Source: Candidatus Pacearchaeota archaeon
GTDB taxonomy: Archaea; Nanobdellota; Nanobdellia; Pacearchaeales; GW2011-AR1
Reading direction: 5' to 3'
Assembly (NCBI GenBank): GCA_041654895.1
Contig: JBAZCR010000001.1
Span: 11,057 to 75,056, forward strand
Length of the DNA: 64,000 bases
The notes below the pieces were generated by a model, which worked only from the letters and a program-made list of their open reading frames with translations, made no database searches and was not told the DNA's origin. A program made the translations under genes and the position numbers. Positions 38,801-46,215 of the stretch are shown piece by piece (position 1 is the stretch's first letter; the number at the start of each line of letters is the position of its first letter).

Positions 38801-40650
38801 TACAAACTAATATTGATACTGGAGAATATGTTGGTGTGTGTGATGCTATAACAAGTGTTTATTTTTGTAACATGTTTTGGGAACAAAGTTCTTTAATGAT
38901 TAATGCTCTTAGTTCTCCTTCAAATAGAGTAACTGGCGGAGTTCAGGGAGGAGGAGAATATTTATTTGCTCAGCAAAATTTCCAAAACATGGAATCAGCT
39001 TTATCTAATTATATTTCAAACTATGGTGATGAAATTTTAAAGGCTTATAAATTTGAGAATTTTGAGAGCATTGGAACAGAGTTTTGCAGAAATTTTATTG
39101 GTGTAGATTTACCGACTAAACTTAAGAATGGTTTAGGTATTTTGTCTGAACCTGAAAGTCCTGCACAATTTAATGCTTACTTTAGTGAATCTTTATATGA
39201 AGACATTAGTGTTCCTTCAAGATCTCAATATAAAGTAACTTATCAAATTTATGCTGGTAGAAATGAGGGTTTAAGCTATAAAGTTTATTTGAAAAATCCT
39301 CCTGCTAATTATGTTAATGTTAATCCTACTTACGAGGTTGCTAGCGGATACTTAGAGGCAGATGATGGAAAAATAGATACGTTAACATTTGTTGCAGTAT
39401 CTGGATATAGTACTTTATGTGTAAACTTAAATGGCGTTGAGAATTGTGGTTTTGGTTCTGTAACTAGTAATTTAATGGGAGAATATATAAAAGAAAAATA
39501 TGTAGAAACAGAGGTTCGTAAAAATAAAATAACTACAGAAAAGGATTGTATTTCAAGTAGTCCTTCTATTTTTAATATTAATGGTAAAAATATAGAATTA
39601 TTAGGAATAACTAGAATTTGTGCTAGTTCTGATCCAAATAGCAAAGAAGATATTAACTCTGAAAATCAATGGATTGAAGTTGGTTATTGTGGTAATGAAA
39701 ACATTAAATGTTGGTTGGATGTTGAGAGTATTCAAGAAGATTTTAATGCGATAAGTACAATATCTGGTAAAAGTATTTTAGATAATTTAATTTATGGTGA
39801 TACTTATGAATCAATACTTCAATCATATAAAGATGTTAGAGAAAAAATTTTAGAATTAAAAAGGGATATAAATATAGCAGAAGATTTATCTAAAGAAAAA
39901 GATTCTTTAATTGAGAAGTTAGATAAGATTATAGGTGTTTCAGGAGAAGATCTTGGTGAAGGCACGAATAGAGATAAAGCTGAAGCACTTTATCTAAAAG
40001 TTATACTTTATCAAAAGCTTTATCAAAATTCTAATAAACCAAATGATATTAGTAAAGTAATTTCAGATAAAGAAGAAACAAAGGAATCAGAGGGAGAAAC
40101 TCCTATTGAAGAATTAACCAAAGTTAGTGTTTGGACATTATCATCTGAAAATGAGATTTGTTTAGATGGTGAACCTCTAGGATATTATTTAGATCCTATT
40201 AACCTTAACGAGAATAAATATAGAATTTTAAATTCTAAAGATGATGATGGATGGCAAATAGGATTAATCACCAAAGACAATATTAGTATTTATTCAAATA
40301 TTTATTCTGGTTCTATAGTAAATTTAGAGAATTATATTTTTGATGGTAAGAAATTTATATTAAAAGAAGGTTGGGCATTATCGCCTAAAAATGAGATTTG
40401 TTTAGATGGTGAACCTCTAGGATATTATTTAGATCCTATTAACCTTAACGAGAATAAATATAGAATTTTAAATTCTAAAGATGATGATGGATGGCAAATA
40501 GGATTAATCATCAATGATAGAATTAGTATTTATTCTGATTCTATAGTAAATTTAGAGAATTATATTTTTGATGGTAAAAAATTTATATTAAAAGAGAGTA
40601 ATACTCAAGAAATAAGAAATTCAGAGATGTTCAGCCTGGAGGAAAGATAA
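35827..40650 (+). CDS. Giant (1607 aa) secreted/surface protein with duplicated C-terminal module
   Basis: N-terminal signal/anchor RLILFFSLILISMSLVLGF. Cys-rich segments. Two near-identical 80-aa C-terminal modules (ICLDGEPLGYYLDPINLNENKYRILNSKDDDGWQIGLI...). Confidence 0.5.
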   Translation: MIDSIRKRVKEKRLILFFSLILISMSLVLGFDSSFSYDEVYNNILNSGDCSSGDNFDFLVMIPPNGCQPSLVRSDLLSSQNTPVFCQLEAIKLNPLIESASITSISFQGDYPEEVAGISFHPTRAAIKNYNSLADNSISKNIGYVVILLKKQPNESKMEDWVSGVLTANIKYDYQKTYGVGQSDFYLNLNDNSNWDSVFNKYNFWSGRGYLRLKSIGSDSAEIEVLENKNKVYTNVILEEGNTSNTIYFPGDYCKAGFKLKLNEITSARDEVLLNINGDYVWVREGSRIANNNCIIKEINLKNDLEKDVKISCPGNIFTLSIKIKDIDTEITEDSSSEKDLGEHLKEAQVNLMDLLNSYPYEKDDANSFFGEIALRKQIDLPKIGKLKSELIDMFLKNYQDSVYYESIRSLKNNNYDYSLSENSFKLNNNNYFISFRDFISVDNSAKKATFSIDGVSTGLVNEGWRKEYTEGILTLKMIEHNFLIFEFQGSKDKIITIKVFEGEEKIINNLRINIQNINTIRTAHVSLLPVIESDYSKANFTFKIGIEKRLIQISPEIAQDRIESLNKTIESLDKFIEGFDKTLSVWKGTCITTSAIFNAKAFISGFSGEGIARKEVMTYYKNFCDGKISEGLFRTREGCYFEHSDEIEKNVQSYKESLGNVNEIIKEVQKGKGVVESGSIVNNAEYTSKLKEKITNPKIDKNELTTVTQIRSALLYQDLLKGDPSCESISCRLAKEEYGGSGINQNFNNDESISSGDICSNQFLNPQVRYYDSGKNKGLPSVVPLDLKKGWYAYISNSEGSLIETEIKSYDTSGRVNYFYICNVGENGQMEYRGGDDFCQGFSSYQSSYDSIMFCPNMGDKDVSRLYNSAKEAIISASEQYGKNKVYILGNYFEVGQTMTDSGIFECTDFMSVKDCQTMFNICDPVLCPSSRCDAGGRYPVSNVPQQGIIGSLILCWPNKDEGIKIPICLTGINAGLQNLNSILKQTRQCLQTNIDTGEYVGVCDAITSVYFCNMFWEQSSLMINALSSPSNRVTGGVQGGGEYLFAQQNFQNMESALSNYISNYGDEILKAYKFENFESIGTEFCRNFIGVDLPTKLKNGLGILSEPESPAQFNAYFSESLYEDISVPSRSQYKVTYQIYAGRNEGLSYKVYLKNPPANYVNVNPTYEVASGYLEADDGKIDTLTFVAVSGYSTLCVNLNGVENCGFGSVTSNLMGEYIKEKYVETEVRKNKITTEKDCISSSPSIFNINGKNIELLGITRICASSDPNSKEDINSENQWIEVGYCGNENIKCWLDVESIQEDFNAISTISGKSILDNLIYGDTYESILQSYKDVREKILELKRDINIAEDLSKEKDSLIEKLDKIIGVSGEDLGEGTNRDKAEALYLKVILYQKLYQNSNKPNDISKVISDKEETKESEGETPIEELTKVSVWTLSSENEICLDGEPLGYYLDPINLNENKYRILNSKDDDGWQIGLITKDNISIYSNIYSGSIVNLENYIFDGKKFILKEGWALSPKNEICLDGEPLGYYLDPINLNENKYRILNSKDDDGWQIGLIINDRISIYSDSIVNLENYIFDGKKFILKESNTQEIRNSEMFSLEER
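40133..40612 (+). repeat. Tandem duplication of a 240-bp coding module (2 copies)
   Basis: 40150-40274 is base-for-base identical to 40390-40514. The flanks are about 85-90% identical. Period 240 bp, which is 80 codons and keeps the frame. Confidence 0.85.
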
Positions 40651-40767
40651 AATAGAATATATAGGAGAAAACTCTTATCATCTTCAAATTAAAGAAGGTG
40701 AAGTAGTAAAACATGAAACCCTAACAAATGAACAGGTTGGTGATTTAATCAATAGAAAATTAAAATA

Positions 40768-41721
40768 TTAGTTTTTATCTTTTATTTTAGCCAATTTTTT
40801 CTTTTTTCTTGCTTCATTTTCTTTTATTTTTATTTTCTCTTCAAGTTCTAACTTTGTTAATAATTCTTTATATCGATTTCTTATTGTTACTTCTGTTATT
40901 CCCGCAATATCTGCTACTTCTCTTTGTGTTCTTTTCTCATCGTTTAATAGTGCGGCTACATAAAGCGCAGCTGCTGCAATTCCTGCAGGGCCTCTACCTG
41001 AAGATAATTCTGCAATTTCTTCTCTACTTAATATTTTTAGTGCCTCATTTTGAGATTTTGGAGATAAGTGTAATGTAGAGCCAAATCTTGAGATGTAATC
41101 TTTTGGAGAAGATGGGATTAACTTTAAGCCAATTTTTCTTATAATAAATCTATATGTTCTGCCAATTTCCTTTCGTTCTACTTCGCTCGCATGTGAAATT
41201 TCATCTAAAGTCCTAGGAATATTATAAGACCTACAAGCAGCATAAACACAAGATGCGATAACTGATTCCATTGATCTTCCCCTAACTAGTCCTCGCTGTA
41301 ATACGTAATTATAAATTCTTGCAGCCTCGTCTTTTACAACATTAGGCAAATCTAAGTATGATGCTACTCTTCTTAATTCAGACATTGCAAGCCTTAGATT
41401 TCTTTCGATAGAAGTTGAAACTCTTTCTTGCCACTTTTTTAATCTTAAATATTTTCTTGTTTGTTGGGATGAATCTAACCTATAGATATCAGATATTTCT
41501 CCTATATTTGTTGTTAATCCTCTATCAAATTTTTGCATAGAAATTGGAGCTCCTCCTCGAGATTTTTTTTCGGTTTTATCAAAAGCTCTCATTTCTTGGC
41601 CTGTATCAACCATTCCTTCTTCAATTAAAAGGCCACAATCACCACAAATTAGTTCACCTTTATTATCATCATAAATTAGATGTGTACTATTACATTCAGG
41701 ACATCTTTTAGGAGAGTTCAT
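40768..41721 (-). CDS. tfb: Transcription initiation factor TFB (TFIIB homolog)
   Basis: N-terminal Zn ribbon CPECNSTHLIYDDNKGELICGDCG, B-reader region, and two cyclin repeats (...RGRSMESVIASCVYAACR..., ...GRGPAGIAAAALYVAAL...). Lys-rich C-terminal tail. Confidence 0.85.
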   Translation of the reverse strand: MNSPKRCPECNSTHLIYDDNKGELICGDCGLLIEEGMVDTGQEMRAFDKTEKKSRGGAPISMQKFDRGLTTNIGEISDIYRLDSSQQTRKYLRLKKWQERVSTSIERNLRLAMSELRRVASYLDLPNVVKDEAARIYNYVLQRGLVRGRSMESVIASCVYAACRSYNIPRTLDEISHASEVERKEIGRTYRFIIRKIGLKLIPSSPKDYISRFGSTLHLSPKSQNEALKILSREEIAELSSGRGPAGIAAAALYVAALLNDEKRTQREVADIAGITEVTIRNRYKELLTKLELEEKIKIKENEARKKKKLAKIKDKN

Positions 41722-41841
41722 AGTAAAACTTAAAAAGGGTTTTAGTTTAAAAAGCTTTTGTTCAGACTAATTTCTCCTAGTTCATTTGTTATTGTAAAGT
41801 TTATTAAACTATCTTGTTTTTATTTTAAAGAGGTTGATTAA

Positions 41842-44034
41842 ATGAATTATAGTGTTGACGATAAGGCCGAAGACATACTTAAAAAATATAGTGCCAAAAT
41901 TGAAAAACAAATGAATCAAACGAACAGAGATTCCTTTAATTCATCAAAATTTTCTAAAAGTTATGAACAATTTAGAAAAGCAATGACTCCTGAATTTAGT
42001 CGATATGAGGGGTGGTGTAAAACTGTTGGTAATTTTATAAAAGTTAAAGCTAGTGAAAAAGATAGGATAAATATAGAAAAGAATATTAATATTTCTCATT
42101 TAAATGTTACCTCTTCGGAAGTTATGGGGTTAGCTGTTTTTATTATGCTTTCTTCTCTATTTGGTGGTTTTTTAATTTTATTAAGTGTTTATTTTATAAC
42201 TAATAAATTCAATCTTCTTTTTTTATTTTTAATTTTTATTCTAAGTTTATTTTTACTTACTTTTTATTCAAAAGCTCCTGAGAGACTTGCGATGAAGTGG
42301 AGATTAAAAGCTGGTAGTCAAATGGTTCCTGCGGTTTTGTATGTTGTCATTTACATGAAGCATACTAGTAACTTAGAAAAAGCAGTTGCTTTTGCTGCAG
42401 AAAATTTAGAAGATCCTCTATCAACTGATTTTAGGAAAGTTTTTTGGGATGTTGAAGTAGGTAAATTCTCTACGATAAAAGACAGTTTAGACAATTATTT
42501 AGAGAATTGGAGAGATTATTCTTTAGAGTTTATTGAGGCATTTCATTTAATTGAATCTAGTTTATATGAGTCTAACGAAGGAAGAAGAGTAGAAATTTTA
42601 GAGAGAAGTCTTCAGGTTATATTAGATGGTGTTTATGATAAAATGTTGAAATATACTCATGAAGTTAAGAGCCCTTTAACAAATGTTTATATGTTGGGAA
42701 TTGTTTTACCAACTCTTGCTTTAGCAATTTTACCTCTTGCTTCTACAATGGTCGGGGATCTTTTTCAAACATATCATTTAGTTTTGATGTTTAACATAAT
42801 TATTCCTTTGCTTGTTATTTATTTGACTTATAATGTAATGATGCAAAGGCCAGGGGGTCATGGTAATAGTGATTTATTAAAAAAGAATCCATTATATCCT
42901 AATTATGCTGATAAAAAGCATATAATTAAGGGTTTTATTTATTCAATCCCTTTCTTTTTAATTGGGTTATTTCCTTTAATTTGGATGTACTTTCCAATAC
43001 ATAAATTTTTAGGAATGCCAATTGATTTGACTTTTGGAGATTTAGGTTTTAATTTTATGAAGAATACTTTTTTATTGGGGATTATGGAGTCTGGTGTTAA
43101 ACCTGGTTCTTATATTGGTCCTTTTGGCCCACTGTCGGTAATTATGGGAATATTTCTTCCATTAGGTATTGCTAATGTGTTTATTTATTCTTCTAAAAAA
43201 AGAACTGCTGAATTGGTTAAAGAAAAGAAAAAATATAATGAGGTTGAGAGTGAATTTACTTCTTCTTTATTTCAATTAGGAAATAGAATTGGAGATGGTT
43301 CTCCTGCTGAAATTGCTTTTGGGAAGGTTTCTGAGTCTAGTAGGGGAACGGCTACTGAAGGTTTTTTTAGGATTGTTAATGAAAATATTAATAGGTTTGG
43401 AATGAATTTAGATAGGGCTTTATTTGATTCTAAAAGAGGTGCTGTTATTTTTTATCCATCTCATTTAGTAATCACATCTATGAGGATATTAGTTGAATCT
43501 GTTAAAAAAGGTTTAAAAGTCGCTGCACGAAGTTTAATGAGTATTTCTGAGTATGTGAAAAATATTAGAAAGGTTGATGCAAGATTAAATGATTTATTGG
43601 CAGATATTATTAGTGATATGAAGAGTAACATGACTTTTTTAGCTCCTTTATTAAGTGGAATAATTGTAGGATTAAGTGGAATGATTACATTGATTTTAGG
43701 AAATCTGAAAAATTTGATGGGTTCTTTAGGTTCGGGAAATGAATTAACAAGTAGTTTTGGAAACCTTTCTGATATAATGAGTATGTTTCAATTAGAGACT
43801 ATGATTCCTACTTATTGGATTCAGGTCGTTGTAGGAATTTATTTAATCCAGGTAGTTTTTATATTGACCTCAACACTAGTTACTATAAAAGCAGGTAAAG
43901 ATGATTTAATGCAAACTGTTGAAATAGGAACTAATCTTAAAAAAACAATTCTTCTTTATATTCTTGTTTCAATTATTTCTACTGTTGCTTTAACATTAGT
44001 TGGTGGAATTGCATTAATTGGCTTAGGCGTTTAG
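41842..44034 (+). CDS. TadC/FlaJ/GspF-like type IV pilus membrane platform protein
   Basis: Two T2SSF-like cytoplasmic domains (...NLEKAVAFAAENLEDPLSTDFRKVFWDVEVGKFSTIKDSL... and ...EFTSSLFQLGNRIGDGSPAEIAFGKVSESSRGTATEGFFRIVNEN...) alternating with TM bundles. 730 aa. Confidence 0.55.
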   Translation: MNYSVDDKAEDILKKYSAKIEKQMNQTNRDSFNSSKFSKSYEQFRKAMTPEFSRYEGWCKTVGNFIKVKASEKDRINIEKNINISHLNVTSSEVMGLAVFIMLSSLFGGFLILLSVYFITNKFNLLFLFLIFILSLFLLTFYSKAPERLAMKWRLKAGSQMVPAVLYVVIYMKHTSNLEKAVAFAAENLEDPLSTDFRKVFWDVEVGKFSTIKDSLDNYLENWRDYSLEFIEAFHLIESSLYESNEGRRVEILERSLQVILDGVYDKMLKYTHEVKSPLTNVYMLGIVLPTLALAILPLASTMVGDLFQTYHLVLMFNIIIPLLVIYLTYNVMMQRPGGHGNSDLLKKNPLYPNYADKKHIIKGFIYSIPFFLIGLFPLIWMYFPIHKFLGMPIDLTFGDLGFNFMKNTFLLGIMESGVKPGSYIGPFGPLSVIMGIFLPLGIANVFIYSSKKRTAELVKEKKKYNEVESEFTSSLFQLGNRIGDGSPAEIAFGKVSESSRGTATEGFFRIVNENINRFGMNLDRALFDSKRGAVIFYPSHLVITSMRILVESVKKGLKVAARSLMSISEYVKNIRKVDARLNDLLADIISDMKSNMTFLAPLLSGIIVGLSGMITLILGNLKNLMGSLGSGNELTSSFGNLSDIMSMFQLETMIPTYWIQVVVGIYLIQVVFILTSTLVTIKAGKDDLMQTVEIGTNLKKTILLYILVSIISTVALTLVGGIALIGLGV

Positions 44035-44654
44035 AATGTTAGAGTAATCATGAAAAAAAGAATTGTTAAGACTGTTGTAAATGTCCATAATTTTTTACTT
44101 CCAAAAAAGAGTTTACTTCCATCTAAATTTGATAAAGGTAATAAAGACCATAATGCAAAATAAATACTAATTTTACTCAATAAAAAAAAATTAAAAAAAT
44201 AACTAATAAGACAAATTAAAATTAAAGAGATTATTGAAATGCAAGTGATTTGTGCTTTTTCCCATTCTGTAACTTCTGAATATCTATGCATCCCTTTATA
44301 CTTTGTAACTCTTTCAATTGTCTTTTCTTCTTTTGTAATTAATATTGGCATCCATAATATTGTTCCCTTTGAGACGAAAGATAACATTAAAGGTAACCAA
44401 GCCATTGTTAAAGGTTTTTTTAGATGTCCTTTTTCCAATAAAGATGTTTGATAGATAGACCAAAATTGAAAATTTAATTTAATATTTAAATAATTTGCAA
44501 AGATTTTTTTAGAGATTATACTTATAGATAAAACAATTGTAAAAATAAAAAGGATATTAAAGAAATTTGTATTATCTTTGAATGTATAAGATATTGATAA
44601 AATAATTATCGCTACTAAAATACTCAAAAGTTCATTAATCTTTTCTTGGTCCAT
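44031..44654 (-). CDS. Polytopic membrane protein with an M50-like LDG motif but no HExxH
   Basis: LLPLSNLDGSKLF resembles the site-2-protease NxxPxxxLDG motif. No zinc-binding HExxH was found, so probably not catalytic. Confidence 0.3.
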   Translation of the reverse strand: MDQEKINELLSILVAIIILSISYTFKDNTNFFNILFIFTIVLSISIISKKIFANYLNIKLNFQFWSIYQTSLLEKGHLKKPLTMAWLPLMLSFVSKGTILWMPILITKEEKTIERVTKYKGMHRYSEVTEWEKAQITCISIISLILICLISYFFNFFLLSKISIYFALWSLLPLSNLDGSKLFFGSKKLWTFTTVLTILFFMITLTF

Positions 44655-45313
44655 TATTTCTTCTTAGTAGAACTACTTTTTCTTTCATTTGTTTTTTGTA
44701 ATTCTCTATAATTATCTATTAATGGGTTCATTAATTTTGAAGTTGTATCATGTAAAGATTCTAAATCCTTCTTAATTATTTGAGTATTTTCTCCAAACTC
44801 CCCAATCTTTTGAATAATTGCTTGTTGTAATTTATCTATTGTTGATTCAATTCTTTTTAATCTTGTATTGATGTCGTCTACTTTGTCTTGTATAGTATTT
44901 TTGAAGCTGACAATATCACCTGTTTTTTTATTATATTCTCTAAATTTTTCAGATATCACTTGTTCGGTAATTTCAGTTATGGTTTCTGTATCAAAAGAAG
45001 GTTGTTGATAATATTCTTCTCCTGAATATGCTTGAGGTGTTTGAGTATAATAATTTTCTTGAGGGTAATTTTCTTGTTGGGGATCATTATATTGTTGATT
45101 CTGGTTAAAATCCTGAGGCTGATTAAAATTTTGGGGTTGGTTAAAAGGGTCTTGTTGATTTTGTGTATCCATTGGTTGAGTTGTTATTTTTATTTGATTT
45201 ATCGCGTCATTTATTTGTGTTGGGTTATATCCTTGTCTTTGAAGATTTTCAAAGATTCCTTGATTGGAAATTCCTTGACTTTGCATCTCTGCTATTATAT
45301 CTAATAATTCCAT
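44654..45313 (-). CDS. Q/N-rich low-complexity plus coiled-coil protein
   Basis: Central QNQQDPFNQPQNFNQPQDFNQNQQYNDPQQENYPQENYYTQTPQ tract, followed by a heptad-repeat C-terminus. Confidence 0.3.
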   Translation of the reverse strand: MELLDIIAEMQSQGISNQGIFENLQRQGYNPTQINDAINQIKITTQPMDTQNQQDPFNQPQNFNQPQDFNQNQQYNDPQQENYPQENYYTQTPQAYSGEEYYQQPSFDTETITEITEQVISEKFREYNKKTGDIVSFKNTIQDKVDDINTRLKRIESTIDKLQQAIIQKIGEFGENTQIIKKDLESLHDTTSKLMNPLIDNYRELQKTNERKSSSTKKK

Positions 45314-45317
45314 TTTA

Positions 45318-45710
45318 CTATTTATTTCTTTTGGTTAAGTTGTTTTTTGTTTCAAGGAATTTTTTATTAATTATTTCTTCTAAGTCTTTCATCCTAACAA
45401 ATTCTAGGGGTTGAAAATCTTTTAACATTCTTTCTACTTTATTCATTTCCTCTTTTTTTATATATTTTCCAGTTTCATTAATTAAAGCATTAGTTAAGGA
45501 TTTTAATCTTTCAATGTCTCTTTCCATTTGCGTTGTTTTTTGCTTTAGAATTTTTATTTCTTCTTTTATTTCTTCTTTGAAATCAATTAGATTTTTACTG
45601 ACTATATGAGTTCGTTCTTTTATTATTCTATTTCTTTCTTCTAAATCCCTAATTCTTATACTAACATCATTTGAATAAGGTTGTGTTTGAGGATTATTAT
45701 CACCAGCCAT
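45318..45710 (-). CDS. Coiled-coil hypothetical protein
   Basis: 130 aa, predominantly heptad-repeat charged sequence. Confidence 0.3.
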   Translation of the reverse strand: MAGDNNPQTQPYSNDVSIRIRDLEERNRIIKERTHIVSKNLIDFKEEIKEEIKILKQKTTQMERDIERLKSLTNALINETGKYIKKEEMNKVERMLKDFQPLEFVRMKDLEEIINKKFLETKNNLTKRNK

Positions 45711-45801
45711 GTTTTAAATAAAGTTTTTTGATTTATATATTTGTGGTTATTTAAAAATTAATTACCCAAAACCTTTTAAACAAACATTATGTAAAAATTC
45801 T

Positions 45802-46170
45802 ATGAAGGCAGGAAGAAAATTAACAGGTGGAAGGTATAAGAAAGTTAAAAAGAAAAAAAAGACAGATATGCCTGGTCAAAATAGAGTTGTTAAAATCGGA
45901 GAAAGAAAAGTGAAATTCCTTCGAGGGAGAGGAGGAAATAAGAAAACAATCTCTTTTAAGGGTAATGTTGCGAATGTAAATATTAATGGTAAATCTAAAA
46001 ATGTTAAAATTTTAAAGGTTATTGAAACTCCTTCAAATATTTTTCTTGCTAGACAAAATGTTTTAGTTAAGGGTGCTATTATTGATACAGAAATTGGTAA
46101 GGCGAAAATTACAAATAGGCCTTCTAAAGAAGGGCAAATTCAGGCAATTTTGATAGAAAAAAAAGATTAA
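45802..46170 (+). CDS. rps8e: 30S ribosomal protein S8e
   Basis: MKAGRKLTGGRYKKVKKKKK N-terminus and ...KILKVIETPSN...ARQNVLVKGAIIDTEIGKAKITNRPSKEG. Confidence 0.75.
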   Translation: MKAGRKLTGGRYKKVKKKKKTDMPGQNRVVKIGERKVKFLRGRGGNKKTISFKGNVANVNINGKSKNVKILKVIETPSNIFLARQNVLVKGAIIDTEIGKAKITNRPSKEGQIQAILIEKKD

Positions 46171-46215
46171 TTTATACAAATATTTTAATAGTTTTGTTTC
46201 TGTTTTATATTTAAT

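Noticed and set aside
44031-44654. Site-2 protease (M50) assignment for the membrane protein
   Set aside because: Only the LDG-type motif is present. The obligatory HExxH zinc site is missing, so this is called an uncharacterised membrane protein.
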